This document shows, in pieces, positions 28,851-39,400 of a stretch of DNA of 64,000 nt (the stretch's first letter is position 1; the number at the start of each line of letters is the position of its first letter). Source of the DNA: a virus (taxonomy: Duplodnaviria > Caudoviricetes); IMG/VR virus record IMGVR_UViG_3300028833_000108, positions 35,697-99,696 of that record; one strand, 5' to 3'. The notes under the pieces were generated by a model that worked only from the letters and a program-made list of their open reading frames with translations, was not told the DNA's origin and made no database searches. Made by a program: the position numbers and the translations under genes.

Positions 28851-30058
28851 GACAAAATTTCCTGTATGACGCCCTTGTTGTGACGAACAAGGTAGACCCC
28901 GAACTTAGGGGTGGTGTACAGGCTAGAATCATTGGAGAAACTGACGAGATTGACGACGATGCACAGTATTTCGTTCGTCCTGACATGACCTGCCTTAACG
29001 CTGTTCCCGAAAAGGGGTATTACCTGAAGGTTTACTTCATCGACGGGGACATCCGACAGGGAAGGTATGTTGCTGTTTCACCATCCAAGGACGGGTTCCT
29101 TGATTACAACTACACGGCGAAGAACTCGTATCCTAACGTCGCTGTTTACAACCTTGGAGGTGACGGCTTCATGCGGTACTACGACAGGGCGAAGCAGATG
29201 AGTACGATAGATTGTCCAAACGGTGGTCATATCGTCTGGGATGGCGAAAGCAAGATACTGATGACAAGCGACAAGGCGTACACGAATGCTGGAAACGGGG
29301 CGAACAATAACGAAGGTGTTCCCGAACATGCTGTATTGACAGAAGCTTCGATTGATATTTTCACTGCGATGCCAGTTGGAAAGGGTGTTCTTAACCAGGG
29401 AAGCGAGTACCTTACCATTCCTCACGTATCAACCAAGACTATCGAAGCATACAACAATCCTACTGCGGAAAACAATTCTAACGAACCGTCGGTAATTGTC
29501 GAAGGTGACCCGAGTGCAACATTCCTTCCTATTCATGACGCAAATGGAAAGAAGGTTGATGAAGTTGAACTATCACTGACGAGGAACTACATTTCAAGAT
29601 TCGATAAGAAGATAGACAAGATTATCATAGGCATCAGCGACTCCAAGACGTTCCCAGAAATGGCGGACGAGTTCATGAAGGAAGGCTCTCAATCAAGTGC
29701 TCATTACCTTGTCGGACAGATAGAGGGTGACCCAGAGATTGCATCCGAATCTAAAACTGGTCTGCTCAACAACTCTGGCTTCCTGCAATTCGTGCAGCTT
29801 GACCAAGATGCTTATTATGCTAGCGGTGTTGAATACAACGATGAGGCTGCAAACAAGAATGCTGTATCAATCGTTCTTGTCGCATCAGAAAACCCGTTAT
29901 CGACTATCGGTTCGTATTCTGCTTACCAAAAGTCCATGGTGAAGAAATTGATTGCCCATATCAGGGCCGAGGCTAAGGATGATACCATCCCAGTAATCAA
30001 TGCCAGCGATTTGGACGGGCGTCCGTCGCTACCAAAGATGACGGTAACATTTGAATGA
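28838..30058 (+). CDS. Baseplate hub/puncturing protein (gp5/VgrG OB-fold) with degenerate amidase-2-like C-terminal domain
   Basis: VVTNKVDPELRGGVQARI...VPEKGYYLKVYFIDGD is a gp5-type N-terminus. IDKIIIG, SSAHYLV, NKNAVSIVL and YSAYQKSMVKKLI follow the amidase_2 layout. Confidence 0.7.
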   Translation: MGQMRQNFLYDALVVTNKVDPELRGGVQARIIGETDEIDDDAQYFVRPDMTCLNAVPEKGYYLKVYFIDGDIRQGRYVAVSPSKDGFLDYNYTAKNSYPNVAVYNLGGDGFMRYYDRAKQMSTIDCPNGGHIVWDGESKILMTSDKAYTNAGNGANNNEGVPEHAVLTEASIDIFTAMPVGKGVLNQGSEYLTIPHVSTKTIEAYNNPTAENNSNEPSVIVEGDPSATFLPIHDANGKKVDEVELSLTRNYISRFDKKIDKIIIGISDSKTFPEMADEFMKEGSQSSAHYLVGQIEGDPEIASESKTGLLNNSGFLQFVQLDQDAYYASGVEYNDEAANKNAVSIVLVASENPLSTIGSYSAYQKSMVKKLIAHIRAEAKDDTIPVINASDLDGRPSLPKMTVTFE

Positions 30059-30089
30059 AGAAAAGACCGAACGTTGTTCGGCCTTTTTT
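30058..30089. terminator. Bidirectional terminator between convergent genes
   Basis: AAAAGACCGAAC-gtt-GTTCGGCCTTTTTT. Confidence 0.7.
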
Positions 30090-30106
30090 GTTGAATGAAT
30101 CGCTTA

Positions 30107-31174
30107 TTATAGGTCAGCCCACAGGTCGTCCTCATCGGCTTTTTTCCATGCATTGGCATCGACAACATCGCCGTTATACATCTTTCTGACTTCACCACGT
30201 TTGTCGGCGGCAGTTTTGAGCTTTTTCTTTGTTTCCTTCTTAACTGGTTTGTTGAAGTCGGCTACTTCGCTATCGGATAGACTCATGGTTGGAACAAAGT
30301 TAACAAAGTCGATGACGGCATTTTCTACAGTATCTATTTCCTCGTCTGGCGAGAACGTGTCTGGTGATGTATCTTGAGTGTTGTTCTTTGGGGCATTATT
30401 TATCTGACGTATTTCTTCGTCTGTAAGTGCCTTCTCCTTATTTGGATTTGCCTTTTCTTCCTCTGCATCGACATCCCTGAATCCAGAGTCATCGTAGATG
30501 ATGCTTTGGTCAGCTTGCTCGGAAGCCAAGTCGTCTGAACCTGTGTCGAATTTCTCGGCCATGAAAGCGTTGATATCTTTTGCAACAGGGAATACGGATG
30601 CCTCGTTAGTAAAGGTTGCATTTCTGATTTCATCGCTGAATGTATTCTTGATTTCCGTCAATAGTTGAACGACCCGAGAGCCAAGGTTAACCACATCCAG
30701 AATTTTATCCATTCTGTCGGTATCATAGGATTGCCTTCTTTGGTATTTGACGGCAACCTTCTCCATGTATTCTTCTGGGTTGAATTTCTTGTATGCCTTT
30801 ATTAACCAATCGATGAATTTGGATAGGTTGTCGATTTCATCAACACTGCACATGTTTTTATCGATTAGTTTCGGGGCAATCTGAACATAAGCGTTGGCTA
30901 GCTTTGTGCCCAAGGTTGATTCGAGAGGTTCAGACTGTGTTTGGTCAAAGTCATCTTCATCTTCTTCGTCCCATCTGGGTTTCATGTGGTCGGTTAGACT
31001 GGATGCATCTTGGCCGTCTTCATCGACATCATCTTCGTACAGGTCAATGTTATCTTCGTCTTCCAGAGCACTTTCGAGGCATACCTTGAACAATTTAGTC
31101 AAGGCTTCCAGCTCTGGTTTGCCCACACCCATCTGGGATGCCGATTCCATAAAGATTTTTACACGCTCATTCAT
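30107..31174 (-). CDS. Hypothetical acidic late protein carrying the shared N-terminal leader
   Basis: Preceded by the late motif at 31201-31209(-). Leader MNERVKIFMES...VCLES. Confidence 0.65.
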   Translation of the reverse strand: MNERVKIFMESASQMGVGKPELEALTKLFKVCLESALEDEDNIDLYEDDVDEDGQDASSLTDHMKPRWDEEDEDDFDQTQSEPLESTLGTKLANAYVQIAPKLIDKNMCSVDEIDNLSKFIDWLIKAYKKFNPEEYMEKVAVKYQRRQSYDTDRMDKILDVVNLGSRVVQLLTEIKNTFSDEIRNATFTNEASVFPVAKDINAFMAEKFDTGSDDLASEQADQSIIYDDSGFRDVDAEEEKANPNKEKALTDEEIRQINNAPKNNTQDTSPDTFSPDEEIDTVENAVIDFVNFVPTMSLSDSEVADFNKPVKKETKKKLKTAADKRGEVRKMYNGDVVDANAWKKADEDDLWADL

Positions 31175-31200
31175 GAATAATCCTCGATTATTTCTGATTA

Positions 31201-31209
31201 TAGTTTATA
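31201..31209 (-). promoter_or_regulatory. Late-promoter motif TATAAACTA
   Basis: TAGTTTATA on the + strand. Confidence 0.75.
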
Positions 31210-31237
31210 AGGGCATGAAATGATGTCCGTGACACAT

Positions 31238-31246
31238 TATAAACTA
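31238..31246 (+). promoter_or_regulatory. Late-promoter motif TATAAACTA
   Basis: Exact motif upstream of the tail fibre. Confidence 0.75.
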
Positions 31247-31271
31247 TTGGTGTATTTCAGAGACTATCGAT

Positions 31272-34200
31272 ATGGCAGCGAAAACACAGATAACTAACAA
31301 GGGACTTGAACTAATGGCTTCTTCATCCAAGGCGACCGGCCAGCACTGGTGGATTGGATGGTACGCGCTCGCCTTCGTGCCTGATGAATTGCAGGAAAAG
31401 GAAGACGAACAGCTCAAGCCTGGTATGACGAAGCTGACTAAGGACGGTGATATCATCTATAACATCTTCCAAGGCGACATGAATGGAGATGGCTACCAGA
31501 CTACTAAGGCCAGCAATAAATTCAAGTCTGTAAACTACGACAGCAATATCAAGAAAAACTATCGATATGTCCTAGACGAGGATGGACGTAACAACCTTGT
31601 TACATGGGTCGATGGCAAGTATGGCTTGAAGGGTGCTTATATTTACCAGGGCGTGAAGGTAAATGCGTCCCGAGACGACGATACCATCGACTACTCCAAG
31701 TCGCTCATTCCGCTGCCAGCACCTCTTCTGTACACGGGTGTCAAGGCTGCTGGCGAAGGTTGGTCCGAGGGTGGTATGGACATCTTCCTTGGCTCTGGAA
31801 ACGACCGTATCGAAAACTTCTATCCCGTTGATGAAGTCGGTGATTCGGTTGTACCGAGGGTTTCCACGGACTTCCGTAACTACGAAGGTTACAGGAACGG
31901 ATTGACGAACATCGAAGGTGGTGACGCTGAGGATTACGCACATGCATTGGGCGAAACGTTCGATGGTGTAGATATCGATGGTTGGTTCCCTTCTGTATAC
32001 ACATATACGCAGAACGACGAAACAGATATGGGCGAAGACTACAACCAGTACTGCTACCAGTATTGGAAGGTTCTTTCCATATCGAACTTCAACAAGTATT
32101 GTGCCCCCGTTAACGCTTCGGGTCTCCTGTATGATGAAAACACAGGTTGCCGCAACATGGCGAAGGCCACGAAGTATTTCCCGATTAGTGACTACTCCGT
32201 AACAAGCACTGCTAAGACCGCAGACAACGAATACGCTACTGGCATTAAGCTCAAAGTCCAGTTGAAACTGAACGGAAATGCCGAGGACGGTGCTTATTTC
32301 AAGGAAGTGGAAACTGGGGATGGCGACAATGTTGCTACATTGAACCCGTCTCCGACGGATGAGCAGCATGCCCTGTTCAACAGCCAGAAGGTTTCATTCA
32401 AGTTCAACCGTATCGGTATCTATGCCGTTCCGATGAGACAGTATGGTTGCTCTGGCGATAGCGGCGAGATGAAGGCCCAGTACCAGATTGATACCGAGGC
32501 TGAACCTGTACTGTTTGCCGTATGTGAATGGGATAGCCCAGTCACGTTGAGCGACTCTGGTGACGGATTGTCTGAATTCCAGTCTGACATCTTCATCGAC
32601 CTTTCTGCCGCTGTCGAGGATTCTTCTGTAATCCGTGAAAGCGCTGTGTTCTACAACCTCTACGAGGATGACGCAATCGACTGGTACAAGAACCAGCTGC
32701 TTGCAAACGCTTCTATGGCAGAAGCCCTTGTCAACATGCAGATTGAGATGGGTTATCTACGTGACCAGAAGAATGCAAAGGCTGGTTGCTGTCCTAAACA
32801 GGAAGCTATCCAGCAGAAGGAAAAGTCTGTAACTGGCCTTAGAAACCTGGTTGACGCAAGGGACTATAACTCCAACTCGGTAAGGAACAGGCTTGCTACG
32901 GAGGAGAATACAGCAATCAAATATAAAACGGCTGTTGGTGCAATCGCTCCTTATATAAGTAATACATTGGATGGAAACATTACTCTCGAAAATGGTGTGT
33001 ATAGTAGAGGTATGGATGTGTTTTCTCCATCGTCCACACTCCCATGCTCTACGTATCTAGTTCCTAAATTTCTCTATTATCAACTACCGAGTGACATTTC
33101 TCAAGCTGTCAATGGAACAGACTATAATCACGATGCGTCGGAATGGTTGGACTATGAGTCTATCGAAACGACATCCTCTGGAACTAAGTCTGATGATGCT
33201 GTTTATTTTACGAAGGAAATTACATATAAGTACAGGGACGACTCTAACAGTCATTATGAAATCTACACATGGACGGGAACTGACTGGAGTGCCGTCAGAA
33301 GCGGAGGTGTAGACCCACTGCCGTCATCTGGCTGGGTTGTTGAGAGTGTAACGACTGTAATCACATACAAAAACTCGGACGAGAGCTATTATACGGAGAG
33401 CACTACTACGAAGCAATATAAGCTCCCGATGTTTCTGTTTTATGACAATTCTACTGTGGCTTCAATGGTGTTGCCAAGTGGATGGTCAGTGCCTACCATG
33501 GAGCAATGGAAAGACATTATCGCCAATATGAACGATAGTGTTATATCATCGTTACATCTTCCAATGGCAGGGTATTTCACGGATGAAGGGGGTTATATTC
33601 CTAGAAGCGATGTCACGTACTTTGCTATAAAGGACGATGCATCCCATTTTGTGAAATTTAATGGTAATCGGTTTGAAATTGTGGGCAACACGATTTCTGT
33701 CACTCACTCATCTGCAGCGGGTGGCTCATATGTTGTTGAGGAAACCATAACAAAGACATCAGTATTGCCTGTATATACGTCAACCAGTTATTGTGATGTA
33801 AATATCGACAACTACAAACTGGGTAGTGATTCGTATGCCTTGATGCAGGAATCAGCTACTCTTGGTTCACACTCTTTTAACGCTGGATATAAGAGTATTA
33901 TATCTCCAAATGCATCTAATTGTGCTATTCTGGCTAGTATATATTCAGTCATTGGTGACAATGATGATGTATACGATTCATGTGTCATAATGGGTGGCGA
34001 AGGAAATGCTATACACAGTGGTTCCGGCCGAAGTCATAGCCTGTTTGGCTCATATAATGCCATATACAATCAGTCTGAAGGTGGTCAGCATATACATGTA
34101 TGGGGTGATTTCAACACTATTAATAGTGGTCTATATAAAGGCATTAACGTATTTGGCTCTGAAAATTCAATTTATTCGAACGGTATTACCGAAGCCATTA

Positions 34201-35744
34201 TGCTTGTCGGGTCTCGAAATAGCGTTTATTATGGTAGTGGATATAAAGGCATTAACATATTTGGCTCTGAAAATGCAATTTATTCGACCGATAGTACCAA
34301 AGACATGATGCTTGTCGGGTCTCGGAATAGCATTCGTAATGGCAGCCGATTGTCAGATAGTTTGCTGATTGGTTCGGACAACACGCTTGATTCTGGCGGC
34401 AATTTTACCAACTCGCTCGTTATTGGAAGCAGCTTACTTGCACAATATAGTGGTTATATTGAGGATTCTATCCTATGTGGAAGCAGCTCATCTGTATATA
34501 GTAGTGGTTATATTGAGGATTCTATCCTATGTGGAAGCAGCTCATCTGTATATAGTAGTGGTTATGTTAATACTTCTGTCATGCTTGGCAGCAACTTAGA
34601 TGTACATAATACTGGTTATGTTGATGCTTCTGTCCTATTGGGCAGTAACTTAGCTGTACATGATACTGCTCATGTTGATAATTCTATTATTTATGGAGAT
34701 GAACTTTCTGTATATTATGGTGGTACGGCTAATAAATCAATCATAATTGGGCATAACGTGTCTGTTTTTAATAGTGCTGTACTAGAGTACAGTTCATTGT
34801 ATGGCAGTGCATCCTATGTTCAGAATGGCACAAATCTTACCAATGTGCATGCTCTCGGCACCGTATCATTCTCTGGCGCTGACCAGTCGTTGAGTAACTG
34901 TCTAATTCTGGCTAAGCATAAAACGGCCTATGATTCAGATGTTGGTACGTTTACTGCATATATAGCAGAGCACAACAAAGGGTATCCTATGATAGTATCG
35001 GAAGGTGGCATCGCTCTATATGAGAACAAGATGTGGCTTGGGGATACTGGATTGGCCGCTCAATTCAAGAAGGCGCCTGCTCTTGGTGATGTATTGACAG
35101 TTGTCGCCGTAGAAGGAAACCTAGCTACTGTGGCATGGATGCCAGGTGGTTCAGCTGGACGTTTCGGGACATTACATCTGGAATTAAAATTTAGCTATGG
35201 TAATAGCCAGGACGGCAACAAGCATTGGGGAGATGGTGATTATTACGCCAAGAATCCATGGCTGAGCCTATACGGAAATACTGGATGTATTTTAGTCAAT
35301 GATAATGATATACCAAATACGCAAACTGCTGTAATGACAATGAATACGTATATGACGGATGACATTAAATTTGTAGTTGACGGCGGTCTATTGAAGCTTG
35401 TAAACACCTCTAGTAGTGACTCATACATGATTAACGGCACGGCTAGGTGTGATATTGTTGAAAATACTCTTAATGCTCCGACTGGTGATGGTGCGGAGAA
35501 TGGATGGCAAATGTGGGATACTTATCCGGGAGAAGGAGGTTTCCAGCCTTATGCTCTGGATAATTATGCGGCATCATTAAGTCAAATAACAGTTGCTGCT
35601 GGTGCTAAGTATGATGATTTGGTTCGTTCATTAGCGTTTGGCAATAATGACACGGCGGACGCAGCTCTATGCTCGGTAGAAGTTGCACCTGGGCAAGAAC
35701 TTATATGCAAATGGGTAGTTGATATCACTTACAGGAAGGTGTAA
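31272..35744 (+). CDS. Tail fibre / receptor-binding protein
   Basis: N-terminus TQITNKGLELMA and FKFNRIGIYA...VLFAV match tail-fibre attachment domains. Central LPSGWSVPTMEQW motif and 18-aa G/S/N beta-solenoid repeats. Confidence 0.75.
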   Translation: MAAKTQITNKGLELMASSSKATGQHWWIGWYALAFVPDELQEKEDEQLKPGMTKLTKDGDIIYNIFQGDMNGDGYQTTKASNKFKSVNYDSNIKKNYRYVLDEDGRNNLVTWVDGKYGLKGAYIYQGVKVNASRDDDTIDYSKSLIPLPAPLLYTGVKAAGEGWSEGGMDIFLGSGNDRIENFYPVDEVGDSVVPRVSTDFRNYEGYRNGLTNIEGGDAEDYAHALGETFDGVDIDGWFPSVYTYTQNDETDMGEDYNQYCYQYWKVLSISNFNKYCAPVNASGLLYDENTGCRNMAKATKYFPISDYSVTSTAKTADNEYATGIKLKVQLKLNGNAEDGAYFKEVETGDGDNVATLNPSPTDEQHALFNSQKVSFKFNRIGIYAVPMRQYGCSGDSGEMKAQYQIDTEAEPVLFAVCEWDSPVTLSDSGDGLSEFQSDIFIDLSAAVEDSSVIRESAVFYNLYEDDAIDWYKNQLLANASMAEALVNMQIEMGYLRDQKNAKAGCCPKQEAIQQKEKSVTGLRNLVDARDYNSNSVRNRLATEENTAIKYKTAVGAIAPYISNTLDGNITLENGVYSRGMDVFSPSSTLPCSTYLVPKFLYYQLPSDISQAVNGTDYNHDASEWLDYESIETTSSGTKSDDAVYFTKEITYKYRDDSNSHYEIYTWTGTDWSAVRSGGVDPLPSSGWVVESVTTVITYKNSDESYYTESTTTKQYKLPMFLFYDNSTVASMVLPSGWSVPTMEQWKDIIANMNDSVISSLHLPMAGYFTDEGGYIPRSDVTYFAIKDDASHFVKFNGNRFEIVGNTISVTHSSAAGGSYVVEETITKTSVLPVYTSTSYCDVNIDNYKLGSDSYALMQESATLGSHSFNAGYKSIISPNASNCAILASIYSVIGDNDDVYDSCVIMGGEGNAIHSGSGRSHSLFGSYNAIYNQSEGGQHIHVWGDFNTINSGLYKGINVFGSENSIYSNGITEAIMLVGSRNSVYYGSGYKGINIFGSENAIYSTDSTKDMMLVGSRNSIRNGSRLSDSLLIGSDNTLDSGGNFTNSLVIGSSLLAQYSGYIEDSILCGSSSSVYSSGYIEDSILCGSSSSVYSSGYVNTSVMLGSNLDVHNTGYVDASVLLGSNLAVHDTAHVDNSIIYGDELSVYYGGTANKSIIIGHNVSVFNSAVLEYSSLYGSASYVQNGTNLTNVHALGTVSFSGADQSLSNCLILAKHKTAYDSDVGTFTAYIAEHNKGYPMIVSEGGIALYENKMWLGDTGLAAQFKKAPALGDVLTVVAVEGNLATVAWMPGGSAGRFGTLHLELKFSYGNSQDGNKHWGDGDYYAKNPWLSLYGNTGCILVNDNDIPNTQTAVMTMNTYMTDDIKFVVDGGLLKLVNTSSSDSYMINGTARCDIVENTLNAPTGDGAENGWQMWDTYPGEGGFQPYALDNYAASLSQITVAAGAKYDDLVRSLAFGNNDTADAALCSVEVAPGQELICKWVVDITYRKV
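34134..34333 (+). repeat. Imperfect 108-bp tandem duplication in the tail fibre
   Basis: YKGINVFGSENSIYS...MLVGSRNS and YKGINIFGSENAIYS...MLVGSRNS, with copies starting at 34134 and 34242. Confidence 0.85.
34448..34565 (+). repeat. Perfect 54-bp tandem duplication (SGYIEDSILCGSSSSVYS x2)
   Basis: Identical copies at 34448 and 34502, plus the start of a third. Confidence 0.9.
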
Positions 35745-36376
35745 TGAAACTCTGCCAACTAAACCTTACCACGAAGTGCAACTTCTCCTGTCCAGAATGT
35801 CCGACAGGGAAGTGGCACAACTTTGACGAGAAGCCGCAGTATCTGGTGAATAATGCGGACTTGTTCCGTTTTCTCAGGAACCTGTCTCCTGACGAGTGGG
35901 AAGTTGAACTGACTGGTGGGGAACCTGCGGTGTATGATGGGATAGATGAATTGGTCAACTGGCTTGAACTGAACGGCTATCACGGAGAGATAAAGACGAA
36001 CGGTTCCCGAAAGATACCTCGCATGGGCTCGATGAAGATGATATCAGCGTGGCACCAATGGGACCAGAGACCGATAGACTACGACATGATACTCATTGTC
36101 AAGAACCTTTTCGACCATGAGGAGGATAAGGTTCAGTATTGTGAGGACAACCATATTCCGTACAGGCTTATTGACCGCATAGGTGACCCTCATCCAGGTT
36201 ACCATCATGGTATCAAGGGATACATAGGTGTCAATCCAGCGGGCTCAATCGTTCCGTGCCCGAAGATGTCGGCAAACGATTCAATGCCTAGGATATCAGA
36301 CAAGGAATACGTCATTCCGCAAGGATACATATGCCCCTGGTGTAAGACTGGCAACGACTACGTGATATTCCAGTGA
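35744..36376 (+). CDS. Radical SAM protein with a C-terminal Cys-containing (Twitch/SPASM-like) extension
   Basis: CNFSCPEC (CxxxCxxC), LTGGEP, KTNG, VNPAGSIVPC, CPWC. Confidence 0.85.
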   Translation: MKLCQLNLTTKCNFSCPECPTGKWHNFDEKPQYLVNNADLFRFLRNLSPDEWEVELTGGEPAVYDGIDELVNWLELNGYHGEIKTNGSRKIPRMGSMKMISAWHQWDQRPIDYDMILIVKNLFDHEEDKVQYCEDNHIPYRLIDRIGDPHPGYHHGIKGYIGVNPAGSIVPCPKMSANDSMPRISDKEYVIPQGYICPWCKTGNDYVIFQ

Positions 36377-36378
36377 TG

Positions 36379-36403
36379 AAGCGGGGACGAAACCCCGCTT
36401 TTT
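36379..36403 (+). terminator. Rho-independent terminator
   Basis: AAGCGGGG-acgaaa-CCCCGCTTTTT. Confidence 0.85.
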
Positions 36404-36425
36404 GATATCTTTTTTCTATTAGTTA

Positions 36426-36434
36426 TATAAACTA
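36426..36434 (+). promoter_or_regulatory. Late-promoter motif TATAAACTA
   Basis: Exact motif. Confidence 0.75.
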
Positions 36435-36468
36435 TATGTGAAAATGATTCCATCACAGGGATTTTAGT

Positions 36469-39400
36469 ATGAATATGCAGAAAATTTTGCTGGAAGCCAT
36501 GTCTTATAAAGATGATGCGGCAATCAGAAAAGAGGCAAACGGATACCTGGCTGAGCTGAGAAACTACGTATTCCCGGTACAAGTCAGTGACGATTTATGC
36601 TCTAATATTAAGGTTAGGCTTGGACAAAATCAACCTGTCTCGTTTGAGTGGGCATTGAATGAATACTATAAAAACATCAATACCGATGCAAGAAAGGGTC
36701 AGTTCTTGTTTGACCTTGGTAGGAGCCTTCTTCCTGAAAGGCAGGGCCGCATGTTCTTTGAACATGGTTCTGCAGCAGAATTGGAAGCCGATAAGCGTAA
36801 GTATCCCTTGGTATCATCCTTGAAAGGCGGGCCCAAGATTTTCGAGCTGTTCTTCAGGATGTTGAGCCCTGACCTTGTCAAGCTGTCCGATAACTCGTTT
36901 ACTACTACGTTTAACGACGACGGTACGTCCACTACTAAGCAAAGGGACGACGAGGCTGGTCTTAGTGACATCACGGGAAAGTTCTTTTCCGTCTTTGAAG
37001 ATGCTTTGAGGGAAAACTGCAAATATGTGAAACCCAGCACTACGATGCCTGAGTATAGCAAATACTCGGATGCAGTGCTTTATGCTGCTTACCTCGGGTT
37101 CATATTCGATGTGTTCCATGATGCTACACGTCCGACGAGCGAGACCGATGGTAGTTCAGCAAAGTTTACCTTTGATGAGGTATTCTCCCGTGGTGCACAT
37201 AATGTAGCAAAGTTTGCTGTTAACCGTATCCCTGACCGTACCTCTCTTGGTAGCTTGGATAACTGGGGTTCTGTCTATAACCAAGGCAAGAATGTCATGA
37301 GGACAATAGACCCAGAGCGTTTGAGTAATTCGAACCTCTCAGAAATCCGAGTTTATCCGCAGTACGTGGTTGACGTTTTGAGACTGACGAAGAAGACAAA
37401 AGCTCCCTTTATTGACTTGCTGAAAAACGGATTGGGTGGAAAGTATAGTGCTATCGGTGAGGCCTTGGATAAGGGAACCAAAGGTGATGACAATACTATT
37501 ATTCCAATCAGTTCTAAATCCTTTGTTGCGATGTTGAGCGACCCTGAGTTTATTAAGGAATGTGTTAACCGCAATATGGGTGAAATCTTTAAGAAGTGGG
37601 GAGATAACTGGGTCGTTAACGGTAGGAGCTATTTGCAGGATGTGTTGGCATCTGAGCCTCAGGTGAACAACTCTGATGATGATACTGTGAGAGCAGTACC
37701 TGTCGCAGTTGGTCCGTCGTTGAAGCGTTCAAACACTGACCGTGAATTTACTGGTGATGACATTATCGCCCAGACTCACATTACGATGCAGATTGGTAAG
37801 GGTTCTGTTATCAAGGACCTCAGTGCTAAGCAGATTGAAGCTGACGCTGCAAGACGTAAGGACGAAGGGTTGTCGCTTGACGAATGGGTGGAAGAACTGA
37901 AACAGGAAGCCCGCTCTGGAACCAACATTAACGAGGATGAACAGGAAGAACTATGGCGTGAAGCTCTGAAAAAGCATGGCCTTGATGAGAAGACACTTAG
38001 CAAGAATGTAAAAAATGCTTTCAAACACACCACCCCTAATGCGGAGACTTCAGTCGTATTCGATTTGTACGACGGCACCAATCCACATACGTTTAAGGTC
38101 GATGGTGAGATTGATAATAAGCTTGATGCGACGGATTTCCAGAACATCATTGCCCGTAAGGTTAAGGCTGGTGGCGAAGGCCATGTGTATTTCATCAGTA
38201 TTCCGCACGGCATTGCGTTCGCAACCATGCAGGACGACGAGGGTACTATTGTTCGTAATGAGAATATGGATACCTTGTGCAGAGGCCTGTACTGCAATGG
38301 CGCTGAATACAATTATAAGAGCGTAAGGGACTTGATGAGGTCTCCTATCGGAAGGTATTGCAACGCTGTCGTTAGGAAAGGAAAAACTGGTAGACTTCAG
38401 TTCAGTACGAAAGAAGCAAACACTGCTCTTGGTAAGGTGTTGTCTGTCATGAAGGACATGAAGGAGGACGGAAAGACGTTCAATCCTGGTCCTGTGGATA
38501 AGTTGTCTACGGCTATTAAGGTTATTAGCCAAATCATGAGCACCTCTGCGTATCCAGAAGATGAGGTTGAGTCTATACTCAATGCGTTTATGAATCCTGA
38601 GTTGGTCATGTCAGTGGAAACTTACAATCAGAGTGAAGGTAAGTTTAGTTTCCACGCAATCAATCATAGGCACAGGAACCTGATGGGTGCTAAACTGATT
38701 AAGCATCTGTCCGATATGTACAACCTCGATAACACAGTTCGTGGATATAACGCACAAAACGTTGCAAATATTCTTGACGTGGTTGCCCCAGGAAACTGGA
38801 ATTTGACCCAGTGGAATTATGGCAACGTAATGAGGGCAGTGTCTGCATCGTATGGAGCATCGGATGATGTCAATGTAGAAGACGTTGAGGGTGGCGTGAA
38901 TGCCGAGCCTGATACCGAAGGCGAGAACGAACTTACCGATGCAGATGTATGGTATCCTGATGTCAAGGGTGTAGACGACGCCTTTGATGACAACATCAAC
39001 AACCAGACCGCAGACGATGGTGGTGTTGGCGATGTTGCTTCGGAAGATGAAGTTGGCCATGAAGGTATCGGTGGTGAAGATTACAAATTGGTTCACGACA
39101 CCTTTGAATCTGTATTTGACAGATTGTTCCCGAATCCAGAAGCAGTTAAGTTTAATGAGAAGGATACTGCTAGTCTGAAGAACAACCTTGTAACTGCATT
39201 GGCTAGATTGCAGAAACAGGGTTCTCTTGACATCAAGGTGGCTCATAAGGTCGCTAGCCTCGACACCACACATTTCCAGCACTTCATTCAGGATTTCTGG
39301 AAAACTGTTAGCGAGGCAATTGATAAGAAGCCTGATGTTACTGACAATTCTCTCCGCATGAGCGCATTTATTGACGAAGAGGATGAGAACAATGCCATGT

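Noticed and set aside
34134-34333. Possible diversity-generating retroelement TR/VR pair in the tail fibre
   Set aside because: Both copies are in-frame and adjacent, mismatches are not confined to adenines of one copy (e.g. TCA/GCA, ATT/AGT), and no reverse transcriptase is present in the window.
34448-34565. Possible CRISPR-like repeats
   Set aside because: These are contiguous in-frame coding duplications with no spacers.
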